Shown: piece after piece, positions 48,880 through 61,232 of the stretch
How the letters are laid out: every line of letters begins with the position of its first letter
How positions within the stretch are numbered: the first letter of the stretch is position 1
Assembly: GCA_030390025.1 (NCBI GenBank)
Contig: CM059426.1
Span: forward strand, 160,518,001 to 160,582,000
Length of the DNA: 64,000 nt
Reading direction: 5' to 3'
Origin: Squalus acanthias
Taxonomy: Eukaryota
Notes under the pieces: model-generated
The model's database searches: none
Seen by the model: the letters and a program-made list of their open reading frames with translations, nothing else
Told to the model about the DNA's origin: nothing
Translations under genes and position numbers: made by a program

Positions 48880-49896
48880 GGAGGGGGTGAGGTGGCGGGA
48901 AGAGTGGCTGTTGCATGTGCTTCTGACATCGGTCCACTGGTGCAACCTAAGTGACCCTTGCATTAATAAAGGCATCCCTGACATCCAGGGCAATAATGTA
49001 AGCAGCTGGTGCTGCATTGCTCTGAGTACCTTTCTCCTCCTCGTCTTCCTCCTTCTCGGATTTGTCTGCAGACGATGTGCGCTCTACACCTTGTTCCTCC
49101 TGCAGGTCCGAACCTCACTGGTATGCAATGTTGTGCAGAGCGCAGCTCACCACAACCATTCTGGAGACCCTGGCTGGTGCGTACTGAAGGGCACCTTCAG
49201 ATCTGTCCAGGCACCTGAAGCACATGCCAATGGCTTGCTCAATGAGACATCTGGTGGTCATCTGGCTTTCATTATCGCGCTCTTGGGCTTCATTGGTTGG
49301 GTTTCTCATACTTGCCATCAGCCAAGTTTGAAGTTTGTCTCCGAGCAGCCACCCTTTAAGTCTGTTTGCAAACCCGAGTACCCACTCATTCTGACTGGCA
49401 TCATCACGGGCGAAGTTGACATAATTGCCGTCCCTGGCAAACAAGCCATCAGTCACCTGTTTTATGCATTTGTGGGCCACTGTTTGGGAGATCCTGGATA
49501 TGTCTCTGGCAGAGCCCTGGAAGGATCCAGAGGCAAACATTTGAGGGCAGTGGTGACTTTGGCAGGCACTCGTAACACGTGGCCACCAGGTCCAGCAGGG
49601 AGCAGGTCTTCTTCTAGGAGGCTGCAGTTGTCTGCCACCACCTGACATGACAACCTCAGCCTTCGGAAGCACTGCAGTTCCGACAGGTCAAGGAAGTTGA
49701 GCCTCTGCCTATACACCCTTTTTCTCCGGTACACCCTTTGCCTCCTGCGAGCTGCACCCCTCTGCTGCTCCCCTCTCTGCTGCTCCCCTCTGTGATGTGC
49801 AGCGCCAGGTCTGTCAACAGCAGCCTGCTGCTTCTGCTGATGGTCATATTGTTCCTCCTCTGAGGTCCAAACTAAGGCAGCCAAGGCGCCACTCAT
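48880..49896 (-). pseudogene. Harbinger (HARBI1-like) DDE transposase with frameshifts and an internal deletion
   Basis: RVYRQRLNFLDLSELQCFRRLRLS, GSFQ..DISRISQ..HKCIKQVTD, GWLLGD, TRCLIEQAIGM, FRCLDRS.GALQY.P.RV..VV.CALHN. Confidence 0.92.
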
Positions 49897-51585
49897 CCTG
49901 ATGTGATTCAGAAAACCTCCAAAGTGTAGAAACTAAGCTCTCAGCAAAATTACTGTGAACAAACCCTTTCCACTAGTAGGTAAGAAAGCAGCTGTGAGTA
50001 TTGAGTATTTATTGAAGTATTTGCATGCGTTTTAATCAGCCCCTTCAATTGTTCTCGCCTTCCTTTCAATGGCGAGTTTCTGGAAGCCCGGGAAACCTGT
50101 AGATGTGACGTTAAAGTTAAAAATGTGTTGAAATATTGCTCCAATTGAGTGTTTAGGGTATGTTAATAATCAAACTGCCTCTTCCGAGGGGGATATGCAC
50201 AACCAGCCTAACGCGCCCGAGTTAAAAACGGACGATAGCGGGCTGGAGCCGGCTTCCTGACACACTCGCATTTTTGCTGGCTTAAACCCCGCACCTAAAG
50301 TCATGCACTCCTCCAGGTTAAAATTCCCCCCAATTAGTCTAATGTACACAGCAAAAGGGACCATCACAGAAATTAAAGGCACAATACCAAAACAAAAATT
50401 GGTATTAGAATTCATGAAACATCTATAATGGACTAAAGGCACAGCATTCCATAGGAACCAGATGTGCAGGAATTGAAAAATTACCTCCAAAAGGTAGGGA
50501 AAATACCCAAAATAGCCATGGTTTGATTTCAAGTGCCATTCCCAATAAAAGTGGCAAGGAGAATGTCTGTTATAAATAGCATAAGTTATATTCAGTATCA
50601 CATTAATTTACACAATAGGGTTGTAGACCAGAGTGGATCTGTTGATATCAGTGGATAAGAGTGCTTCCTGTTTTGTTGGCAGTTTCTCTCTTCTATTTGG
50701 TGAGGCTGGTAAATCAAGACACCCCATGATGCTTTTCAACTAGCCTGAGGATATGTTAGTCCATCAATGAGATACTGCTGCTTCCCCAGTATGGGACTGA
50801 TGTGCCAAAAGACACAAATTAGAATTATAATTGCACACATATAGCATACAAAGTTATTGTGGGCTCATGTGGCAACACAGTAAGGCTGTTCTTGTTGAGT
50901 TGGTCAGGATTTATACCAGTCTATTGTATTGTCTTGATACTGTGGCAATCAATACCCTTATTGAAGGCATACTTCAGCAAAGGCTCACAAAATTCATATT
51001 TGTGATTCTTTCCCAAGCATCTGACAGGACATTCATTAATTTTTTTTTATCATAAAACGAATTTGTGAATGATATTTTATGCATCCATTCTGCAATCATG
51101 TTACCTAATAGATAATGAAGACAGAATTTCAATCAGCAACATATTATTTCTTAATTAAAAAGAAGTAATCACATAGAATCATAAAATAGTACAGCACAGA
51201 AGGAGGCCATTCAGCCCATCAAGACAGTACCGGCTCTTTCGAAGGGCAATCCAGTTAGTCCCACTCCCCCGCTCTTTCCCCATATCCCTGCAATTTTACG
51301 TCTTTAAAGTATTTATCCAATTCCGTTTTGAAGGCTACTATTGAATCTGTATCCACCACCCTTTCAGGCAGTGCATTCCAAATCCTAACCACTCGTTGCG
51401 TAAAAAAGTTTTCCCTCATTTTGCCTCTGGTTCTTTTGCCAATCACCTTAAATCTGTGCCCTCTGGCTATCGACCCTTCATCCATTGGAAACAGTTTCTC
51501 TTTACTTACTCTATCTAAACCCTTCATGATTTCAAACACCTCTATCAGATCTCCTCTTATCCTTCACTGCTCTAAGGAGAACATT

Positions 51586-54500
51586 TTTTTTTATTCGTTC
51601 ATGGGATGTGGGCGTCGCTGGCAAGACCAGCATTTATTGCCCATGCCTAGTTGCCCTTGAGAAGGTGGTGGTGAGCCGCCTTCTTCAGCTGCTGCAGTCC
51701 GTGTGGTGAAGGCACTCCCACAGTACTGTTAGGGAGGGAGTTCCAGGATTTTGACCCAGCGACGATGAAAGAATGGCGATATACTTCCAAGTCAGGATGG
51801 TGTGTGACTTGGAGGGGAACTTGGAGGTGGTGATGTTCCCATGCACCTGCTGCCCTTGTCCTTCTAGGTGTTAGATGTCACGAGTTTGGGAGGTGCTGCC
51901 GAAGAAGGCTTGGTGAATTGCTGCAGTGCATCTTGTAGATGGTACACACTGCAGCCACGGTATGCCGGTGGTTGAGGGAGTGAATGTTTAAGGTGGTAGA
52001 TGGGGTGCCAATCAAGCGGGCTGCTTTGTCTTGGGTGGTGTCGAGCTTCTTGAGTGTCGTTGGAACTGCACTCATCCAGGCAAGTGGAGAGTATTCCATC
52101 ACATATACCTGACTTGTGCCTTGTAGATGGTGGAAAGGCTTTGGGGAGTCAGGAGGTGAGACACTCGCTGCAGAATACCCAGCCTCTGACCTGCTCTTGT
52201 TGCCACAGTATTTATGTGACTGGTCCAGTTAAGTTTCTGGTCAAAGGTGACCCCCAGGATATTGATGGTGGGGGATTCAGCGATGGTAATGCCCTTGAAT
52301 GTCAAGGGGTGGTGGTTAGACGCTCACTTGTTGGAGATAGTCACTGCCTGGCACTTGTGTGGCGCGAATGTTACCTGCCACTTATCAGCCCAAGCCTGAA
52401 TGTCGTCCAGGTCTTGCTGCATGCGGGCATAGACTGCTTCATTATCTGAGGAGTTGCGAATGGAACTGAACACTGTGCAGTCATCAGCGAACATCCCCAC
52501 TTCTGACCTTATGATGTAGGGAAGGTCATTGATGAAGCAGCTGAAGATGGTTGGGCCTAGGACACTGCCCTGAAGAACTCCTGCAGCGATGATTGACCTC
52601 CAACCACCACAACCATTTTCATTTCTGCTAGGTATGACTCCAGCCAGTGGAGAGTTTTCCCCCCGATACCGATTGACTTCAGTTTTACTAGGGCTCCTTG
52701 ATGCCACACTCGGTCAAATGCTGCCTTGATGTCAAGGGCAGTCACTCTCACCTCACCTCAGGAATTCAGCTCCTTTATTCATGTTTGGACCAAGGCTGTA
52801 ATGAAATCTGGAGCCGAGTGGTCCTGGCAGAACCCAAACTGGGCATCAGCCTAGTGCTGATAAGTAAGTGCTGCTTGACAGCACTGTCGATGACACCTTC
52901 CATCACTTTGCTGATGATTGAGAGTAGACTGATGGGGCGGTAATTGGCCAGATTGGGTTTGCCCTGCTTTTTGTGGACAGGACATACCTGGGCAGTTTTC
53001 CACATTGTCGGATAGATGCCAGTGTTGTAGCTGTACTGGAACAGCTTGGCTAGAGGTGCGGCTAGTTGTGGAGCACAAGTCTTCAGCACGACAGCCAGGA
53101 TGTTGTTGGGGCCCATAGCCTTTGCTGTATCCAGTGCGCTCAGCTGTTTCTTGATATCACGTGGAGTGAATCGAATTGGCTGAAGACTGGCTTCTGTGGT
53201 GTTGGGGACCTCAGGAGTAGGCCGATATGGATCACCCACTCGGCACTTCTGGCTGAAGATGGTTCCAAACACTTCAGTTTTGCCTTTTGCACTCACGTGC
53301 TGGGCTCCCCCATCATTGAGGATGGGGATATTCATAGAAGGACAAGCAGAGCTTTGATCTGATCCGTTGATTGTGGGATTGCTTAGCCCTGTCTATAGCA
53401 TGCTGCTTCCGCTTTTTAGCATGCATGTAGTCCTGTGTTGCAGCTTCCCCTGGTTGGCACCGTATTTTTAGGTACGCCTAGTGCTGCTCCTGGCATGCTC
53501 TTCTACACTCCTTATTGAACCAGGGTTAGTCCCCTGGCTTGATGTTAATGGTAGAGTGAGGGATATGCCGGGCCATGAGGTTACAGATTGTGGTGGAATA
53601 CAATTCTGCTGCTGCTGATGGACCACAGCACCTCATGGATGCCCAGTTTTGAGCTGCTAGATCTGTTCTGAGTCTATCCCATTTAGCACGGTGGTAGTGC
53701 CACACAACACGATGGAGGGTGTCCTCAGCGTGAAGACGGGATTTCGTCTTCACAATGACTATGCAGTGGTCACTGCTACCAATGCTGTCATGGACAGATG
53801 CATCTGTAACAGGTAGATTGGTGAGGACGAGGTCAAGTAGGTTTTTCCCTCATGTTGGTTCTCTCACCAGCTGTCGCAGGCCCAGACTGACAGCTCTATC
53901 CTTCAGGAATCGGCCAGCTCGGTCAGTAGTGGTGCTACCCCAAGCCACTCTTGGTGATGGACATTGAAGTCCCCCACCCAGAGTACGTTCTGTGCCCTTG
54001 CTACTCTCAGTGCTTCTTCCAAGTGGTGTTCAACATGGAGGAGTACTGATTCATCAGCTGAGGGAGGGCGGTAGGTGGTAATCAGCAGGAGGTTTCCTTG
54101 CCCATGCTTGACCTGAAGCCATGAGACTTCATGGGGTCCGGAGTCAATGTTGAGGACTCCCAGGACCACTCCTTCCCGACTGTATACCACTGTGCTGCCA
54201 CCCCTGGTTGGTCTGTCCTGTCGTTGGGACAGGACATACCCAAGGATGGTGATGGAGGAGTTTGGGACATTGGCTGAAAGGTATGATTCTGTGAGTATGA
54301 CTATGTCAAGCTGTTGCTTGACTAGTCTGTGGAACAGCTCTCCCAATTTTGGCACAAGTCCCCAGCTATTGGTGAGGAGGACTTTGCAGGGTCGACCGGT
54401 CTGGGAGTGCTGTTGTTGTGCCCGTACCCGGTGTCGAGTGGTCCGTCTGGTTTTATTCTTATTGTTTTTCGTAGCAGTTTTTTTACAACTGAGTGACTTG

Positions 54501-54788
54501 CTAGGCCATTTCAGAGTCAACCACAAGGCTGTGGGTCTGGAGTCACATATAGAACAGGTAAGGATGGCAGATTTCCTTCTCTAAAGGGCATTAGTGAACC
54601 AGATAGGTTTTTAAGACAATCTGGTAGTTTGATGGTCACCATTACTGATACTAGCTTTTTATTCCAGATTTATTTATTTAACTGAATTTAAATTCCCGAG
54701 CTGCCGCAGTGGGATTTGAACTCACTTCTCTGGATCATTAGTCCAGGCCTCTAGGATTACTAGTCCAGTAACATATCCAGTATGCTAC
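51586..54788 (-). mobile_element. Nested CR1/L2-group LINE of a second family, with a tRNA-SINE-like head, decayed ORF2 and poly(A) tail
   Basis: Endonuclease motifs DIVILTESYL, TYRPP, VGDFNVHH; RT motifs NYRPISLLS, LDIKAAFDRVWH, QGSVLGP, FADD; ends gaataaaaaaaa. Confidence 0.92.
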
Positions 54789-54790
54789 CA
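54711..54790 (-). promoter_or_regulatory. tRNA-like RNA polymerase III internal promoter (A and B boxes)
   Basis: Minus strand: TGGTAGCATACTGG (A-box-like, 54790-54777) and GAGTTCAAATCCC (B-box, 54723-54711). Confidence 0.72.
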
Positions 54791-56065
54791 TTCCCCAGCT
54801 TCTCCAGTTTATCCAACTGTAATCCCTCATCCCTGGAACCATTCGAGTAAATCTCTTCTGTAGCCTCTCCAACGCCTTCACGTCCTTCCTAAAGTGTGGT
54901 GCCCAGAGTTGGACACAATACTCCAGCTGGGGCCGAACTAGTGTTTTATAAAGGTTTAACATAGCTTCCTGGCTTTTGTACTCGATTTATAAAGCCCAGG
55001 ATCCCATATGCTTTATTAAATGGTTTGTTAACCTGTCCTGCCACCTTCAAAGATTTGTGCACAATCACCCCCAGGTCTCTCTGTTCTTGCATTTCCTTTA
55101 AAATTGTGCCATTTAACTTGTATTATCTCTCTTCATTCTTCCTACCAAAATATATCACCTTACACTTTTTTGCGTTGAATTTCATCTGCCATGTATCTGC
55201 CATTCCAGCAGCCTGTCTATGTCCTCTTGAAGTCTATTACTATCTTCCTCACTGTTTACTACAATTCCAAGTTTCATGTCATCTGCAAATTTCGAAATTG
55301 TGTCCTGTCATTAATGTATATCACAAACAGCAGTGGCCCTAGTACTGAACCCTGGGGAACACCACTGTGTACCTCTATCCAGTCCAAAAAACAGCCATTC
55401 ATCACAACTCTCTGTTTTCTATCCATTAGCCAATTTTGTATCCATGCTGCTACTGCCCCTTTTACCCCAAGAGCTTCAATTTTGCTAACAAGCCTAATAT
55501 GTGGTACTTTATCAAATGCCTTTTGAAAGTCCGTATACACATCAACTGCACTGCCTTCATCAACCCTCTCTATTACTTCATCTAAAAACTCAATCAAGTT
55601 AGTTAAACATGATTTGCCCTTCACAAATCCATGCTGGCTCTGCTTTATTAGTCCATGCTTGTCCAAGTGGCTGTTAATTTTCTCTCGGATTGTTGTTTCT
55701 AAAAGCTTCCCCACCACCGACATTAAACTGACTGGGCTGTAATTGCCAGGTTTATTCTTCTCCCCTTTTTTGAACAGGGGTGTAACATTTGCAATCCTCC
55801 AGTCCTCTGGCACCACCCCTGTATCTAAGGAGGATTGGAAGATTGTGGCCAGCACCTCCGCAGAAATAACATAGGAATGCTGAACTGAGTGCTGATCCAA
55901 AATAAAACCTTATATAAGTAGACCATTCTTTCAGCAGACACTTCTTTTACATTATACAATATGTAGCCTTTTGCCCTACCTGCCAGTGTTGCTTTGCAGT
56001 TTTTGTCTAAGACGTAAGTAGATTAGATAAATAACATTTACATAATCATAATATCACTACTGTAT

Positions 56066-56574
56066 TAACAACAACAACAACAACATTTATATAGCGCCTT
56101 TAACGTAGTAAAACATCCCAAGACGCTTCACAGGAGTATTAAAAGACCAAAAAAATTTGACACCGAGCCACATAAGGAGAAATTAGGGCAGTGACCAAAA
56201 GCTTGGTCAAAGAGGTAGGTTTTAAGGAGCGTCTTAAAGGAGGAGAGAGAGGTAGAGAGTCAGAGAGGTTTAGGCAGGGAATTCCAGAGCTTAGTGCCAA
56301 GGCAACAGAAGGCACGGCCGCCAATGGTTGAGCGATTATAATCAGGGATGCTCAAGAGGGCAAAATTAGAGGAGCGCAGATATCTCAGGGGGTTGTGGGG
56401 CTGGAGGAGATTACAGAGATAGGGAGGGGCAAGGTCATGGAGGGATTTGAAAACAACGCTGAGAATTTTGAAATCGAGGCGTTGCTTAACCAGAAGCCAA
56501 TGTAGGTCAGCGAGCACAGGGGTGATGGGTGAACGGGACTTGGTGAGAGTTAGCACCAAGTCCCGTTCACCCAT
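56066..56574 (-). mobile_element. L2 LINE 3' fragment with a fold-back at its 5' junction
   Basis: PITPVLADLHWL..RLDFKIL..LAPPYL..KLWNSLP; (GTT)n tail. Confidence 0.92.
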
Positions 56575-57735
56575 TAAATAGCATGAAATACTCACTCCTG
56601 TGAGCAATCAAAAGACTTCCACATTTCCTTTTATATTGTGAATGTTTTAAAAAGTTTAAAGTCCATTCTATATCACTTTGAATACAAGGGGATAATGGTC
56701 AATCATTTGTTCATAAAAAGCTGCTAACAACAAAAAACAAAATTGTAATTCAAAACATTAGAGCAAAGCTGCTGATTTTTATTGAGCAAGAAGGATAACT
56801 GCTGGACAACATGGTCACAGATGGACACCAGTTATGAATTCTTGCATTAATCATGATACAGATATGCTTCAGCACTCCCTCTGTTGAAGATACATGGAAG
56901 TATATTAGGATTACATAACAGACTGTTAAATTCTGATGTATAAAGTTTCTGCGAATGACCTAACACTACCAGGGATTTTGCTTAGTAGCTACAACAATCT
57001 GCCATGGGGCAATGTAGCTATGAAATTGAGGAAACTATGAAGAACAACTTTAAATGTGATATTAGGGGTTCAGATTCAGGCAGACAAATGTATATGTGTC
57101 TCTCAGTAGTATTTTGGTAATGGAAAGAGCAAGGGTATAATTTCTGAGTATCAGATGCAAAGGTATTTAGATAGTGATCAAGTACATATGCCACTGAGCA
57201 ACTGCACACCATTTTCACCTCTTCAAAGTGTTGACTTGCTGCCAGCAGAAGATTAAGCTCCCCAGTCACAGAGACCAGTAATAATCACAGTTAGGCATTA
57301 TAACAAGATATGAGGCCCTTGAGCTGTATAACCATATGACGTACTCAATGTAGAGCTGATTGGAGAGTGGGCACCTGACCAAAACCCCCAGAAAACACTG
57401 GTTAGCTGAGCAGGAAGTGCACCTGGAAGTAGTTGAGACCATATAAGCACTAGAGTGAATTCCACCAACCCCACACCAAAAGGTTGTCCTCAGAGAAAGT
57501 CACTTGGCAGTTCCATGTCTTGTTTTCAAAAATAAAATAACCTGGCCCAGTTCAACAACGTAAATAAGATCACCAAGGAAAAATGCTGTTCAACTAGCAA
57601 ACCTGACAAGCAACTGGCAGGGAAAGCAAACCAACAAGGAATCTAACAGCAGCTCAACAGCAGCTGCTGCCGTGCAGTGTATGTCCATTTGTCAGTGAGT
57701 GAATGAGCGATTGAGTGGGAGGGGAGAAGAATATT

Positions 57736-58483
57736 GGTCCATAATTTGTAGTCAGCAGCGAAGCAAAGCCATTCGCTGCTGGCCCTGAAGAAAGCTGCCC
57801 TTAAAGATCTTGCGATCTCTGTGGCGAGAAGTTTGGCTTTCTCGACGTTCAATTGAGATCGGTGCAGTACAGTGGGGAATTCCTAGTGCGCTCTGCTGTG
57901 ACGTCAACAAGCTGTCTAATCAGCCAATCACAATGCAGAATTCTCACAGACAGTGAACCAGGAAGTGAACAATAATACAAAAGCAAAATACTGCGGATGC
58001 AGGAAATCTGAAATAAAAACAGAAAATGCTGGAAATACTCAGCAGGTCAGGCAGCATCTGTGGAGAGAGAAACAGAGTTAACGTTTCAGGTCGATATTCC
58101 TTTACTTGTCCCATTACCATCTCCTTTTGTCTCACACCATTATCCCTTTTGTCTTTTAATCTCTTTTAATTTAGCAGTCAATATGCTGTTAAAACCCCAG
58201 TTACACGTAATCCAATAAGGTATAACTTTTAATGGGGTATTTAACAACGGAAAAGCCCAAGTTTTCGTCAGGTTCAATGATTTCCCTGATTACGCTGATT
58301 GCCGGCTATGGCGGGGGGAGGGGGTGCGGCCACAACACAGCCAGTGTCGGAGCAGTGAATGACTTTAGGATTTCTGTGTTAGAATGCGTATGCGCTACGT
58401 CCTGACATTGCAGGCAGTTTCAAAGGGGTAATGACAGCAAACGCTGCTCGTTCGTTGTAATTATCCACCGTAAATTCCAGGCC
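57736..58483. mobile_element. Harbinger-type MITE, family A, with a Penelope insertion
   Basis: Colinear with 3361-4136 except that the AT-rich centre is replaced by 57972-58170. Confidence 0.82.
57972..58170. mobile_element. Penelope pLTR fragment with a 5' inversion
   Basis: 57972-58095 matches 2135-2244; 58104-58170 is the reverse complement of sequence near 2375-2458. Confidence 0.8.
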
Positions 58484-58594
58484 AATAAGGAAAGCATGGT
58501 AATAGCTTTGTGCTTGGGGAAGGCTTCAACCTGTCCCTCCCCCACTCCCTCTATGCCTTCAGCCCCACAATTTCAAGGGCAATGTGCTCATAAC

Positions 58595-59252
58595 GGCCTT
58601 GATATTTACCCTTTCCCCTCCTCCCCGCATGATGGTAGGGAGGAGTTAAAAATGCAAAACGCGACCCAAACTCACCGTGTACGCGCCTGCCATCGTTATT
58701 ACGGCTGTGGGTAGAAAGGCGTGCGAGTGAAACACCTTGGAGAAGTGGAACACTTCATTAGCATATTTAACTCAGGATCCCACAGCGCAATTGGGAGCCT
58801 GATTAAAATTCAACTGCTGCCGGCCGGGATTCCCGGCAATGAAATAGAGACAGGAGCTGCCAACTGCAGCAAGCTAGTCCTTTTTCAAGCACTCCTTTCC
58901 AGTGCTCCTCCCAGTCCCTCAAGGAAGCCTTCGGCATCCCTTCTGCTGGATCGAGGCCTCGATCTCACCCCTGCCATGATCACCGCACTCCCCACCTCTC
59001 AACCAAACCCCGATCTGCTGGGGGCCGCCCCCAAGGATCCCCGGCTGCAACTTCCTGAGGTTGGTTTTTCCACCTGGCAGCCAGCCAGCCGTTCAATTTG
59101 GCCAGCTGCCGGGCAGGAAACTGAAGAAAAAAATTAGAATGAGGTGCTGCCGTTAAGTTCAGCATGACCTGCGTGACCCCAGCCTTAGCGGATTTCCCCT
59201 GTGCTAATATGCTCCCCTGCACTTTCCCCGCCTCCCCATAAATATCAGGGCC
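58595..59252. mobile_element. Harbinger-type MITE
   Basis: TIRs ggccttgatattta / taaatatcagggcc. Confidence 0.8.
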
Positions 59253-59704
59253 AATGAGTCAAAAAGCTTCCTCTGGTCCATTGTTTCAGCCTGCTGTACG
59301 AGGCCTTTTCCTGTAAGCAGAAACAAAATGTAAATCTGTAAAAGCAGAAAAAATGTCACCCACATACTCAAAGTGCTGCCACCTTGTGTGAATCCATGAA
59401 TGTGTGACATGCAAGTATCTTGTGTTAGCCATATGCTCAGTGCTTCCTACCTGCATGATCCATGTGCAATGTTAGAAGTATGTTTGTGCCCCAGCAACAA
59501 AGTCTGCCCTGCAGCAAAATGATCATGTACATGAATGTGTGAAAGAGCTGAAAGATTGTATGAGTGCTTCATATGTTGCCTGAATGAAGCTGCACCAGGT
59601 TGATAGAAAACTCTTTGTAACATGCATCATGTGCCAAACCCACTCATGTGGGCAAATTCTAGGCACTCTTACCTTATCAATCTTCCAGAGTCCTGAAAAT
59701 GTTT

Positions 59705-59811
59705 AATAAAAAATAAAAACAGAAAATGCTGGAAATACTCAGCAGGTCAGGCAACATCTGTGGAGAGAGAAACAGAGTTAACGTTTCAGGTCGATGACCC
59801 TTCGTCAGAAC
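59705..59811 (-). mobile_element. Solo Penelope pLTR piece with an intact hammerhead motif (59776-59812)
   Basis: 14-bp duplication tcctgaaaatgttt (59691-59704, 59812-59825); CTGACGA..GAAACGTT on the minus strand. Confidence 0.87.
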
Positions 59812-60971
59812 TCCTGAAAATGTTTGTAGCATATTCTCTCACAACCTATGGGGCTGGGCGACTATATTCGCTCCTTGACCTCCTCCACAAAGACATTTCG
59901 AAGTGTGGTGCTGAAGAGAGCAGCCCTCCTTTGCTGTGTTTCCTAGAGCAACACCCCAGTGTCTTCAAATGGAGCAGTCTTGCTCCCATACCTTCAGCCT
60001 TTTCTTCTGCGGCCTTGCTGGAAATCCTGCCGACACAGTCTGCTCACTGGACTTGGGCCAATGTGTGCAAGGAGTATACAGTATATAAATTATTATAATG
60101 CACTGTCAAAATACACATGATATGTGGCCTGTGATTTGGTCCCAGTAATACTGCACTGGAACTGGATAATCGGCCCTATAATTTCTGCTTGTCCAGTAGC
60201 TAAAGAGGTGTTTGTGTTGTACAAGAACCAATTAATGTTGCTAATTTCTTTATAGTTGGAAAAAATAGCATTGACACTGCACTTTTATCTGCTGACATCA
60301 GATGATTTGACATTTAGTAACTTATTACTCATTCATCAGTTCCTGACGTTTATAGAATAGGCTCCCCCCTTCCGTTTTTACAATGAGCTCAATAAATATC
60401 TCCAAACATTAATAATCATGTGTTAGTGCTATTGTCTGCAACTCTCCTTTAGACTTTACATTATAAAATTAATGTTTTTGGGAGTATGATCACATTTGTG
60501 CTGTGTAAAGGGATTTTAACATTAGCACTGACATTGTTTTGGCCTCAGACAGTAACAATACAGCATATTACCCCAACAGTGCATTACTCAGTTTATTTTA
60601 TGTTTGTGAAAGGCTCATTACTTTATGAAAGATCCATAATTCACCATCGTCATAAATGTAAGTAAGTGATGAGGTCTTCCTCATGAATAAAATAAACTGA
60701 CTATGGCATACTATTTGTTTAATATTATAATTATTATGTTTTTAATTCTTTAACTCGCTCATTTTCTTTTGCTTTTTTTGACCTTATATCACAAATGGTT
60801 GTGGTTCCCATAGTGATTTTTACTGCTGTATCCTTGCTTTTGTGACATCATTACCTATCAAGATGTTTATATTTATAAAGTGAATTAGTTATGGTGCCTT
60901 AAACATTCAGAAAGTCGCACTTAGAGTGTACTGCATAGTAGGGCAGTGACTATTTCCCCACGTGTCTATTA

Positions 60972-61232
60972 TAACAGCAACAATTTGCACTTATATGCAC
61001 TTTAACATAAAAGAACATCTCAAGATGCTTAACAGATGGAAACAGATGCCAAGCCAGGGAACAAGAGAGGGATGACCAAAAGTTGGGGCAAACAATGGGT
61101 TTTGAGAGGTCTTCTGAAGCAAGATAGAAATATGAAGAGGGAAAAGGGTTTAAGGAGGGAGTTTCAGAAAGTGGGGCCAAGGTTGCTGAAGTATCCACTA
61201 CAAATGGTGCAGCAAAAGGAGGGAAAGATAAA
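60972..61232 (-). mobile_element. Old L2 3' fragment
   Basis: Degenerate match to 27473-27745. Confidence 0.65.

Larger units (their letters stand above)
46862..50331. mobile_element. Two-gene PIF/Harbinger transposon, decayed
   Basis: Convergent Myb/SANT (+) and DDE transposase (-) genes; right end ttaaattccccc; left boundary uncertain (46658 is an alternative). Confidence 0.85.
51170..55861 (-). mobile_element. 5'-truncated CR1 LINE split by a nested LINE
   Basis: ORFs 55274..55900, 54738..54962 and 51255..51539 are successive parts of a CR1 ORF2; 3' UTR at 51170-51254. Confidence 0.92.

Noticed and set aside
48791-49645. 284-aa plus-strand ORF
   Set aside because: Antisense to the Harbinger transposase remnant with no recognisable domain.
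54711-54790. Functional tRNA gene
   Set aside because: A and B boxes are present but no convincing cloverleaf; it is the head of a retroelement.
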